Program-made: the position numbers and the translations under genes
Virus record (IMG/VR): IMGVR_UViG_3300036846_000489
Location: 1-64,000 of that record
Source of the DNA: a virus
DNA: 64,000 nt
Reading direction: 5' to 3' (one strand)
Notes under the pieces: generated by a model
Told to the model about the DNA's origin: nothing
Database searches by the model: none
The model's input: only the letters and a program-made list of their open reading frames with translations
Part shown: piece after piece, positions 1 to 8,671 of the stretch
Layout of the letters: each line of letters starts with the position of its first letter
Position numbering within the stretch: the first letter of the stretch is position 1

Positions 1-2
1 TG

Positions 3-473
3 GCCTCTGCCCCGATAGGAGCCAAGGTCCAGGCGTTGTTACAGCAACAAGTGGACCTGATCACATCGCTTCCCTCTGAAGCCGCTCAAAGAGTGCAGCA
101 GAAGTCACTGGAAAGTATGGAGACAGGCTCACGCTATCCCGAACGCGGGGAAGAGATCGAGGAACTGCTCCGTCAGACCCGCCCCGAAGCCACCGAGGAA
201 TGGCTGAAGAACCGCGCAACCTTGATCGCCAGGACCGAGACCGCCAGGGCGGCCAGTGTGCTGACGCAAGCCAGGGCACAGCACATCGGCAGTGAGAACT
301 ACATCTGGAAGACCGCCGGGGATGCCAGGGTGAGACAAAGCCATCGGGTATTGAATGGCACCAGCCAGAAGTGGGATGATCCTCCATTGTCTGATCCACC
401 CGATCACCATTCCCATCCCGGTCAAATCTGGAACTGCCGGTGCGTGGCCCTTCCCATTATCCCTCAAGGGTAG
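3..473 (+). CDS. Phage minor head morphogenesis protein (MuF/SPP1 gp7 family), 5'-truncated by window
   Basis: RATLIARTETARA, WKTAGDARVRQSH and HPGQIWNCRC motifs; frame open back to window start. Confidence 0.9.
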   Translation, partial: ASAPIGAKVQALLQQQVDLITSLPSEAAQRVQQKSLESMETGSRYPERGEEIEELLRQTRPEATEEWLKNRATLIARTETARAASVLTQARAQHIGSENYIWKTAGDARVRQSHRVLNGTSQKWDDPPLSDPPDHHSHPGQIWNCRCVALPIIPQG

Positions 474-593
474 CATTCTGACCAAGCCGAAGGAGAGTCA
501 CATGAGCGACAAGCCAAAGCCAGACGAGAATGAAAAGCCACAACCCGATCCGCCACCACCACCAATACCACCGAGCAAGGAAGCCGAGGACGC

Positions 594-794
594 ATGACAC
601 CGGATCAGGAACCCCTGCTGCAATTCTTTTCCTACGACCACCTGCGCGAGGAACTACAGATAATCTCACGGTCGTTCTCTCTGCTGGCCCATCAAATGGT
701 GGATGTGTTGCCACGCAATCCGGAACGCACCGCCGCCATCCGGAAACTCCTGGAAGCCAAGGATTGCGCGGTGCGGGCCAAACTCTATCAGTAG
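594..794 (+). CDS. Small helical protein, Acb2/Tad1-hairpin-like
   Basis: FFSYDHL...LPRNPERTAAIRKLLEAKDCAVRA; ATGA overlap with upstream small ORF. Confidence 0.5.
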   Translation: MTPDQEPLLQFFSYDHLREELQIISRSFSLLAHQMVDVLPRNPERTAAIRKLLEAKDCAVRAKLYQ

Positions 795-803
795 GAAAAA
801 GCC

Positions 804-1112
804 ATGAGCGATGAGGTCAAGCTGGATGTCGATGCAATCGTCCCGATCATGGCCGGAGCGCTTTACGAGGATGTGCTGGCCACCGCCGACACATTCGACC
901 CTCCACCTCCGGCCAACCTGTTCATTGGTGCTGACCTCACGCCACAGTATTTTACCCTTTGCGACAAGGGCAATACCGTCGTGGTCATCACCTTTGATCC
1001 GCCAGGGGTCGAGGTGAACCCGGACTACGACTGGAACACCGCCGCCAAGTGCTTCTGGAATGCGGTCTGCCGGGTATCAGGCAGGCCGGCATTGTTTCCC
1101 GACGCAGGATGA
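804..1112 (+). CDS. Hypothetical protein
   Basis: ORF with AGGA Shine-Dalgarno (SD), in operon. Confidence 0.6.
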   Translation: MSDEVKLDVDAIVPIMAGALYEDVLATADTFDPPPPANLFIGADLTPQYFTLCDKGNTVVVITFDPPGVEVNPDYDWNTAAKCFWNAVCRVSGRPALFPDAG

Positions 1113-1357
1113 TCCTGGTGATCCTGGGCGCGGTGATCATCATCATTGTGGTGATCCTGGCATCGAGCGTGACATGACGGAACTGGTCGAGGCCACATGG
1201 CGCGAGACCGTGCGGGATATTTATGACCGGCTGCATTTCGGCCCGGAGGATTATTTCAGCGGCAACGCCAGACTGGCCAAGGAACTCGTTCATCTGATCG
1301 AAACCCGGCATCCGGATTTCTTCGGGCTGCCTGCCGCAGAATAACCAGGAGGGGCGC

Positions 1358-2995
1358 ATGGAGTGGCACACCGTCACCCGTCTCAGCCCACGCATGCACC
1401 TGACCGACGAAGGTTATCTGGTGTGTCGTGACGTGCCGGTCGCCCGCACCGGAACGCAGGTGTATTTCGAACACGAAGTCCCACCCCTGCAAGGCGACAG
1501 TGGTGGCCGGGTCCACGTCTCCCGCGACGCCTCGGAAGTGTTCAAGCCGCTCAGCATTTCGACTTTCGAAGGCAAGCCGATCTGCGACGATCATCCGATG
1601 GAGCCGGTCGGACCGGCCAACTGGCACAACCTCTCCATCGGCTACGTCAGTAACCCAAGACGCGGGGAAGGCACCAACGATGATCTCCTCTTCGCCGATC
1701 TGATCTTCACGACACAGAAAGGCATCGACGCGGTCCAAGGCGGCAAGCGAGCCATCAGCGTGGGGTATAATGCCTTCTATGAACAGACCGCCCCAGGGTT
1801 GGGAAGGCAGAAAGACATTCACTGCAATCATGTGGCACTGGTGGACGAAGGCCGTTGCGGCGCTCGGTGTTCCATCATGGACGGCAAAACGGTCTATACG
1901 GGCGATCTTCACAAAATCGCCGTCACTACGCCAGCAGGAACTTTCCATATTAGAAAGCATGGAGAGGTTGAGCGTTATCGCGAAGGGTATCACAATGCCG
2001 AACTTGATATCGAGCGTGAGTTCTCCCGACCCGAATGGCTCACCGATCTCCCCCAGCCCGACATCGACTTTCCGTCCGAGACCGACGATCCGCCCCTACG
2101 ACCCGGTGACGACGAAGACATCGACTATCCCGTCGAGGACGTGGCCGAGTTCCGCGAGACGCAACATCCAAGAGGCGGAAAGGGTAGTGGCAAGGGTGGT
2201 GAGTTCGTCGCGAAGGGGACTGGTTCCGGTGGAACCGAACGCACCCAGGAGGCCAGAGCCGGGAAGCGTGAACAGCGCGCCAGCCGCACCGAGCGTCAAG
2301 GTCGTCAGAGCGAGGCACAGGGTAAGGCCGTAGAGGCGGGTAGGAAGCCCCAGGAAGCCGCCGCGAAGGCTGCCGGCACCCCTACCACCACTCAGGCCCC
2401 GGAAGCCGCTCAGAGCGCTCCTAAGGCCGCCGCAAGCGGGGTCGGAAAGCTCACCCCGACCAAGACCCGTGCCTACACCGGCCAACAGGTCGCGACGAAG
2501 ACCCAACTCACCAAACAGGAGACCGGGGCCATCGGGGAAGCGGTGATCACCAATTACATGAAGCAGTTCGGTGGCCTGCCCGATGCCCGCCCGCTGAACA
2601 TGAAGGAAAGCAACTTCCCGGTGGACATGATCGGCGATCACGAACTGATCGAGATCAAGACCGGACTGGTATCCAATTCATCTTCGGCCCAGAAATGGCG
2701 TGCCACCATTGGTCAGCCGGGCAAGGCCGAAGCGGCATGGCTGGCGAAAGCGAAGCCGGAAGAGAAGGCCGCCTGGAACCAGAAGAAGATGCAGGCCATC
2801 ATGGACCGGAAAATGGCCGTGCTGAAGGAATACCAGCAGAAATACGGGAACAAGGTGCAGGGCAAAACGGTGACCGCGATCATCAACCCGGACACCCGCA
2901 CCGCCGACCTGTTCCAGTATAATGGCTTCCATCTGAATATCCGGTGGAACAGCGATGAGACCAAGAAATCCTACGTCGGGTCTTACAGCTATTGA
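1358..2995 (+). CDS. DUF2213 prohead protease-like domain fused to a C-terminal PD-(D/E)xK nuclease-like domain
   Basis: DEGYLVCRDVPVARTGTQVY, ISVGYNA, NHVALVDEGRCG; then HPRGG..GGEFVAKG linker and FPVDMIGDHELIEIKTG; SD AGGAGG. Confidence 0.8.
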   Translation: MEWHTVTRLSPRMHLTDEGYLVCRDVPVARTGTQVYFEHEVPPLQGDSGGRVHVSRDASEVFKPLSISTFEGKPICDDHPMEPVGPANWHNLSIGYVSNPRRGEGTNDDLLFADLIFTTQKGIDAVQGGKRAISVGYNAFYEQTAPGLGRQKDIHCNHVALVDEGRCGARCSIMDGKTVYTGDLHKIAVTTPAGTFHIRKHGEVERYREGYHNAELDIEREFSRPEWLTDLPQPDIDFPSETDDPPLRPGDDEDIDYPVEDVAEFRETQHPRGGKGSGKGGEFVAKGTGSGGTERTQEARAGKREQRASRTERQGRQSEAQGKAVEAGRKPQEAAAKAAGTPTTTQAPEAAQSAPKAAASGVGKLTPTKTRAYTGQQVATKTQLTKQETGAIGEAVITNYMKQFGGLPDARPLNMKESNFPVDMIGDHELIEIKTGLVSNSSSAQKWRATIGQPGKAEAAWLAKAKPEEKAAWNQKKMQAIMDRKMAVLKEYQQKYGNKVQGKTVTAIINPDTRTADLFQYNGFHLNIRWNSDETKKSYVGSYSY

Positions 2996-3254
2996 CCATC
3001 TTGCCTGGGTCCGCCGTCAGCCATGCTGTGTGCCGGAATGCGGTCGTGCGCCTTCGGAGGCGCATCACGTCAGGACCAGCGCGAACAGCGGCACCGGGAT
3101 GAAGCCGGACGCGGTCTACGCCGTCCCGCTCTGTCGCTACCATCACGATGCTTACCACCGTCTTGGCCGGCACACCTTCGAGGATCGGCATGGCGTCGAT
3201 CTGGACGCCGAACTTCGCTTCATGCAACTCGCGTCTGGAACCGAAATGCCATGA
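2955..3254 (+). CDS. DUF968/HNH-like zinc-binding protein (start uncertain)
   Basis: HLAWVRRQPCC..CG...EAHH...GTGMKP....VPLCRYHH. Confidence 0.75.
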   Translation: MRPRNPTSGLTAIDHLAWVRRQPCCVPECGRAPSEAHHVRTSANSGTGMKPDAVYAVPLCRYHHDAYHRLGRHTFEDRHGVDLDAELRFMQLASGTEMP

Positions 3255-3505
3255 CCAAGGAAGAAGCGGAGGCAGAGCTATACCGGCGCAACCATGACAT
3301 CGCCGCTCGCACCGCGACTAGCATTATTCATGCCCTGACGTGGGGCGATATTCCAGATGCCTCGATTGATGCAATTCGTAATCTTGGCCGGCAAAAATGG
3401 TCATGGATACCCGGTGTCGGGAGAATGACGTTGCTCGATCTCGACAAGCTGGTCAGGTATTGGACCGACGAAGAGAAAATGCTGCTGGAACGGACACCGC
3501 CATGA
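3251..3505 (+). CDS. Small protein with helix-hairpin-helix (RNAP alpha-CTD-like) motif
   Basis: RTATSI...SIDAIRN....W..IPGVGRMTLLDL; ATGA coupling. Confidence 0.45.
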   Translation: MTKEEAEAELYRRNHDIAARTATSIIHALTWGDIPDASIDAIRNLGRQKWSWIPGVGRMTLLDLDKLVRYWTDEEKMLLERTPP

Positions 3506-3705
3506 GCGCCGAAGACGATCTGAGAAAACTAATCCAACTCGCTCACAACGCAGTGGCGGCGAGCCACAACGGCGCGGATTTCACCGCTGCCTATGCCGAA
3601 CATTCGGCTCTGGCCAACGAGATCGGCCAGAAGTGCCAGGAGAGAGCCTACCAGGATGAATATTCCGCTGCCGTCACCCGACTGCTTCTGGATTACCGGC
3701 CATGA
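3502..3705 (+). CDS. Hypothetical protein
   Basis: ATGA-coupled on both sides. Confidence 0.55.
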   Translation: MSAEDDLRKLIQLAHNAVAASHNGADFTAAYAEHSALANEIGQKCQERAYQDEYSAAVTRLLLDYRP

Positions 3706-3938
3706 GCGGCACGGAAACTCCCGTCGATCCCGACGATCTTGATCCCGACATCGAGGTTCCCGAAGGGACCGAGGTCGATGTGCCGCCAGAGGTATTGGCC
3801 GAGTTCGAGGCCGAACTCGACGCCTACGAGCAGGAATTGCGCGAGCAATTGGGCCAGCAGTTCGCCGACTACGAAGACATCGACCATCCCGAGGACGATG
3901 ACGACGAGGACATCGATTATCCCGAAGGGGAGAAATAA
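3702..3938 (+). CDS. Highly acidic small protein
   Basis: D/E-rich ORF containing EDIDHP and DDEDIDYP. Confidence 0.55.
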   Translation: MSGTETPVDPDDLDPDIEVPEGTEVDVPPEVLAEFEAELDAYEQELREQLGQQFADYEDIDHPEDDDDEDIDYPEGEK

Positions 3939-3984
3939 CGTGCCGTGCCTGTGCGATATCTGCGTTAGCGAAAGGAGGACTAGC

Positions 3985-5007
3985 ATGAGCAAGCGGACCG
4001 TCCGCGATTGGATGAGCCGTTCGTTTTTCGCCAAGGACAAGGCGACATTCGCGCGTCTCGCCGACGAAGCGGAACAGGAACTCACCATCGCCAAGGGTCC
4101 AGCGGCCCAAGGCAACGGGAACGGAAACCCGAACCCAAACCCGGATGAAGACCTGGGGCAACACGTGGAACCGGACGGCGATGAGGGAAAGCATCCTCAG
4201 AACGTCCACATCCACGTCGAACATGCCGGCGAAAGCGGCAAGGGCAACGGTGGTGACAACGGTCTGATGGACCGCGTCACCGCCCTGGAAGACGGCGTGA
4301 AGGGCATCAACGACAAGCTCGGTCGCGTGCTCGACGCCCTGCCGCCCGAGTTCCTGAAGAAAAAGGACGACGATCCCGACGAGGTCAAAGACGCCGATTG
4401 GGGCGGCGACGTGACCGAAGGCGGAACCGACAAGGATGGCAAGGGCGATGACGGCGGCCTGACCATGAAGGCCCCGCCCGCTTCCTCCGCCGAACTGGTC
4501 GAAGCCGATCCGGCCTTGGGGCAGGAGAAAACCAGGATGGGCGACGCGGCAATCAAGTCCAGGACCATTCAGGCCATGGGCACGGTGATGCGCGATACCA
4601 TCGCACGCGCCGAAATCCTGGCACCGGGGATCAAGGTCGGCACCCTGGACGCCGGACCCGAGAAGTGGACCGACACCCAGAAGCGTCTCCATGCGCTGCG
4701 CCAGAACGCCCTGAAGGAACTGATGAAGTCCGAGAAGGCCCAAGGCGTCCTCGGACTCTATGCCGCCACCGCCGACAAAATGAGCTACGACGCCACCCGC
4801 CTTATCTTCAACGATGCGTCCGAGAAAATCAGGCAGGCGAACAACGCAGCCAATATGCCGTCACCGATGTTCGGCGACACCGCAGGAACCCTGCGTTCCT
4901 ACCGGAACCACCAGGAAGCCGTGATCGGCGGCATCAACGACGCCAATCGGGAATATTGGGAAAAGCAAGGGGTGGCAATGGGCCAACCCCGCAGGAGGGC
5001 CGCATAA
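3985..5007 (+). CDS. Capsid scaffold-like protein (resembles the C-terminal half of canonical DUF2213 proteins)
   Basis: SD AGGAGG; MSKRTVRDWMSRSFFAKD, ARAEILAPGIK, INDANREYW; position before decoration and capsid genes. Confidence 0.7.
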   Translation: MSKRTVRDWMSRSFFAKDKATFARLADEAEQELTIAKGPAAQGNGNGNPNPNPDEDLGQHVEPDGDEGKHPQNVHIHVEHAGESGKGNGGDNGLMDRVTALEDGVKGINDKLGRVLDALPPEFLKKKDDDPDEVKDADWGGDVTEGGTDKDGKGDDGGLTMKAPPASSAELVEADPALGQEKTRMGDAAIKSRTIQAMGTVMRDTIARAEILAPGIKVGTLDAGPEKWTDTQKRLHALRQNALKELMKSEKAQGVLGLYAATADKMSYDATRLIFNDASEKIRQANNAANMPSPMFGDTAGTLRSYRNHQEAVIGGINDANREYWEKQGVAMGQPRRRAA

Positions 5008-5508
5008 ATGGCACTGACACCAGGAGCGATGTCCGAAGGACCAAAGCCTGCTCCGACACCGTTCGATCAAACGGAAACACCGGCCAATGTCGCGGAAAGG
5101 GAAACACGGCTTCATGAAAAGGAAGCCATGCTCCGCGATATGCCGTTGATCGATGGCGCGCCGGAATATTGGGCGCTTTATCCGGAAGCGGTTGGCTTCC
5201 AATATCCGCCGGGCCAACAAGTCCTGCCATCCGGCATGTGGCCGTGGGAAAGCCCGGTGGCAAAATCCGCCAGGGCATTGCGTGGCGAAAATCCCAATGA
5301 GCCACCGCAGGATTACCAGGAAGTCGTTCTGGAAGCTCTCGGCTTCCCGTTTGTGCCGCATCTGCCCGAGGAAGAAAGGGCAAAGCGGGACGAGGCGAAA
5401 AGTGCCCACAGACAAGAAGCCACGGCAAGGGCACGGACTGCCCAGGAACAACGGGCCGCGCAGGCACAGCCCAATCGCTCCAACCCGCCTGCTGCTCACC
5501 AACACTAA
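5008..5508 (+). CDS. Hypothetical protein
   Basis: ORF abutting upstream stop. Confidence 0.55.
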   Translation: MALTPGAMSEGPKPAPTPFDQTETPANVAERETRLHEKEAMLRDMPLIDGAPEYWALYPEAVGFQYPPGQQVLPSGMWPWESPVAKSARALRGENPNEPPQDYQEVVLEALGFPFVPHLPEEERAKRDEAKSAHRQEATARARTAQEQRAAQAQPNRSNPPAAHQH

Positions 5509-5520
5509 TAGGAGGCATAA

Positions 5521-6027
5521 GTGGTAGCATTTCTCTATCGAATGGACGTTGGCTATCCCGGCGCGGTCAACCGCACCCAGCCGGCCACCGTGCAGGCGGA
5601 AATCCTCAATACCACCACCCCGCCACTCGGTTATGGCACCATGCTGGTCATGGACAGCGCAACCGGCACGCTGCGTCCACCCACCGGCACCGACACCTTG
5701 GCCGGCTTCGCCGGCCTCTATGTCCGGCCATACCCGAGGCAGAGCAACCTGAATATCAATGATCCACTCGGCACCGCCACACCGCCCACCACGGGCATGG
5801 GCGATGTGCTCAAGCGTGGCTACATGATCGTCAGGCTCAACACCGCGTCCCCGGCCGTCGTGAAGGGCCAGCCGGTCGGGGTATTTATCGGTGCCGCAAC
5901 GGCGGGAAATCCCGCCGGAGGTGTCACTGGAGCCGCGCCGGGAGCCACCGTTCTCGCTCTGACGAACTCACAATTCATGGGTCCGGCAGACGCAAATGGC
6001 ATGACTGAGATAGCCTACAACCTGTAA
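5521..6027 (+). CDS. Capsid decoration/cement protein
   Basis: FLYRMDVGYPGAVNR...DVLKRGYM...EIAYNL; directly upstream of the capsid gene; SD AGGAGG. Confidence 0.8.
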   Translation: MVAFLYRMDVGYPGAVNRTQPATVQAEILNTTTPPLGYGTMLVMDSATGTLRPPTGTDTLAGFAGLYVRPYPRQSNLNINDPLGTATPPTTGMGDVLKRGYMIVRLNTASPAVVKGQPVGVFIGAATAGNPAGGVTGAAPGATVLALTNSQFMGPADANGMTEIAYNL

Positions 6028-6041
6028 CGAAAGGAGACCGA

Positions 6042-7058
6042 ATGTCCGGCATGATCGGCCACAATGGTGGCCCACCGATGGGAGGGCAACTGCGGCCTCC
6101 CATGTTTACCTACGACGGGCTGTATACCAAAGACAGCACCGGCGCATTTCTGATCGGGGAATTGGAACGCCTCGACCAGACCCTTCACGGTCCACTGTTC
6201 ACCGTGACCTGGGGACGTGACATCGACCTCCGCGAAGACGTGACCGTGGGCGACGAATATTCGTCCTACACGAATTCATCCTTCGCTTCGGCCGGCGGCA
6301 TCAACCCCGCTGGTATTGCCTGGATCGCCAAGGACACGAATACGATCACAGGCGCTCAGTTGGACATCGGCAAGACGCCGCAGCCGTTGTTCCTCTGGGG
6401 CATGGAACTCAGCTACACCATGCCCGAACTCGCCTCTGCCATGCAGCTTGGCCGGCCCGTCGATGACCAGAAGTTCCAGGTCATCAGGACCAAGCACCAG
6501 ATGGACATCGACCAGTTGGTCTATATCGGTGACAGCACCGTGGGATCAGCCGGGCTGGTGAACCATCCGCTGGTGACAAACACCACGAACGTCACGGGTG
6601 GCACATGGCAAGCCGCCATCACGGCACAAACCCCAGCCGTCCTATTGCAGCAGATCAACGAACTGCTGACCTCGGTCTGGACCGCCTCGGCCTTCGCCGT
6701 GATGCCCGACCGTCTGCTCGTGCCTCCGGCACAATTCTCGCAGCTCGTCAGCAACATCGTGTCGAGTGCCGGCAACATCTCCATCCTGCGCTTTCTTCAG
6801 GAAAACAACCTCGCCGCCACGGCGGGGAAGACCCTGGAAATTCAGCCGGCCAAGTGGCTGATCGGGAGGGGCGCAGCCGGCGCGCAACGCATGATGGCCT
6901 ACACCAAGAACTACGACTACGTCCGCTATCCGATGACCCCACTGCAACGCACCCCGCTGGAGTGGCGTTCCCTCTACAACATTACAACTTACTGGGGCCG
7001 CCTCGGCATGATCGAGGTGGTGTATCCCGAACTCATCGGCTACCGCGACGGCATCTGA
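6042..7058 (+). CDS. Major capsid protein (DUF2184, HK97 fold)
   Basis: DSTGAFLIGELERLDQ, TWGRDIDLREDV, YWGRLGMIEVVYPE. Confidence 0.92.
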   Translation: MSGMIGHNGGPPMGGQLRPPMFTYDGLYTKDSTGAFLIGELERLDQTLHGPLFTVTWGRDIDLREDVTVGDEYSSYTNSSFASAGGINPAGIAWIAKDTNTITGAQLDIGKTPQPLFLWGMELSYTMPELASAMQLGRPVDDQKFQVIRTKHQMDIDQLVYIGDSTVGSAGLVNHPLVTNTTNVTGGTWQAAITAQTPAVLLQQINELLTSVWTASAFAVMPDRLLVPPAQFSQLVSNIVSSAGNISILRFLQENNLAATAGKTLEIQPAKWLIGRGAAGAQRMMAYTKNYDYVRYPMTPLQRTPLEWRSLYNITTYWGRLGMIEVVYPELIGYRDGI

Positions 7059-7169
7059 CCGTCGCAATCATTTATTCACATTCCTCTGAGCTATGCGGTG
7101 GGCAGATTATCCCGCAGACTTGCGCACGTTCGCCGCACCAAATTGCCGACCCGACAGGGAGCTACGCTC

Positions 7170-7583
7170 ATGATCATCCACGTCGCGAAGAAGTTCACCT
7201 TCCAGCACAACCCAAGGCAGACCGGGTCATACTTCGACGAGAAGGAAAAGAAGGAGTTGCCGGTGTTCGCCCTGGAAGGCGACCGCCAAGACTTTCTTCC
7301 CGGCATCTACGACGTGCCGGAATACGTCGCGAACCACTGGTATGTGCAGGCCCATCTGGAAGGCTTCGTCGAACCGATGCCGCAGAGGGGCCAGCCGGAC
7401 TATGCCCAGCGCGCGGCCATAGCAGCGAGAGCGGGCCGAAACACAACCAGCGTTGAAGAAGCCGCGCCCCGCCCCGCCCCGCCTCCACCGGGCGTCCAGC
7501 CGGCTCCCAGGCACTACTTCGCCGGTCAGCCCATAGAGGACAAGGAACGACCGGAGGCACCGTCCTGGATGTCGGGGAGGTAG
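7170..7583 (+). CDS. Phage protein following the capsid gene (STY1053-like)
   Basis: IHVAKKFTF...PGIYDVPEYVANHWYVQAH. Confidence 0.6.
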   Translation: MIIHVAKKFTFQHNPRQTGSYFDEKEKKELPVFALEGDRQDFLPGIYDVPEYVANHWYVQAHLEGFVEPMPQRGQPDYAQRAAIAARAGRNTTSVEEAAPRPAPPPPGVQPAPRHYFAGQPIEDKERPEAPSWMSGR

Positions 7584-7586
7584 CCG

Positions 7587-8141
7587 ATGCCACTCACCGA
7601 GAAGGGCGAGAAAATCCTGGAGAATATGGAAGAGACCTATGGGTCTGAAAGGAAGGCCAAGTCCGTGCTCTACGCATCCAAGAACGCCGGCAAGATCAGT
7701 GGCATCGACCAAGGTCCGCTGCCGTCATCCATGCCGACCGCGAGCATCGCACCGAACGCCGGCAGTCCCACAGCGGCGAGTGCCACACCGCCACCGACGC
7801 CCAGCAGTCCGGTCACCGGAGACGACGACAACACCGATGGGCCGAAGGGGGTATTGAAGCCAATCGGGGAAATGCCGGAAGAGAAGGCGATCAAAAGCAA
7901 CAATCCCGGCGGACCATCTGGCACGCCCGACGCGGCTGAAACCAAGGAAGGAGAGTGGCCGCCAATACCAAAGAAGCCGATCCTGGGTTCGACTGCGCCC
8001 AAGCCTGGACGCATCAAGACCGCATACGGCTGGGCCGGAAAGGATGAACCCGGGCAGCGCAATCTCGCCAAGGATCGTCCGCCGGATAAGGCGGTCGGCA
8101 CACTGAGAGACTACGCCGCAGCGGCAGGGGCAAAGCGGTGA
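7587..8141 (+). CDS. Hypothetical protein, ordered N-terminus plus Pro-rich tail
   Basis: MPLTEKGEKIL...YASKNAGKISG; SD GGAGG. Confidence 0.6.
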   Translation: MPLTEKGEKILENMEETYGSERKAKSVLYASKNAGKISGIDQGPLPSSMPTASIAPNAGSPTAASATPPPTPSSPVTGDDDNTDGPKGVLKPIGEMPEEKAIKSNNPGGPSGTPDAAETKEGEWPPIPKKPILGSTAPKPGRIKTAYGWAGKDEPGQRNLAKDRPPDKAVGTLRDYAAAAGAKR

Positions 8142-8671
8142 GCGGCACAATACCGCCTCCCGCTCCTCCTATCATCCCGCAGACCAATCCCTACGTCTCA
8201 CCAAGCCAGTTCCGCGCCGACTTCCCAAGCTTTGCCGACACGACCAAGTTCCCCGACGCTCAGATACAGCGGTTCCTCGACCTGTCCGGCTGCATGATCA
8301 ACACCGACCGATGGGGATGCTTTTCCACCATGGGAATGGAATTGATCACCGCACACTTCCTGACCATGCAAGGGTATTTTCTGGCGATCAACCAGGGAAT
8401 GCCCTATCCGGCTGGCATGGCGCTGGGAATACCGACCAGCAAGTCCGTGTCCAAGGTATCCGTAGGATCAGACATCGCGTCCTTCATGATCGAAGGTGGT
8501 GGACCGTGGAACTACACGGTCTATGGACAACAATACCTGTGGTGGGTCACGCTGGTCGGCACCGGAGGCTACGAAGTCCTGATGGACACCTATACGCCTT
8601 CCGGATTGGAAGGCACGGTGCAGACTTACGCGCGGGGTGTGTTCGAAGCCTGGGGGACGGGAAGTGCCTGA
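8138..8671 (+). CDS. Head-tail adaptor (DUF4054)
   Basis: [46 protein letters not shown]. Confidence 0.85.
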   Translation: MSGTIPPPAPPIIPQTNPYVSPSQFRADFPSFADTTKFPDAQIQRFLDLSGCMINTDRWGCFSTMGMELITAHFLTMQGYFLAINQGMPYPAGMALGIPTSKSVSKVSVGSDIASFMIEGGGPWNYTVYGQQYLWWVTLVGTGGYEVLMDTYTPSGLEGTVQTYARGVFEAWGTGSA

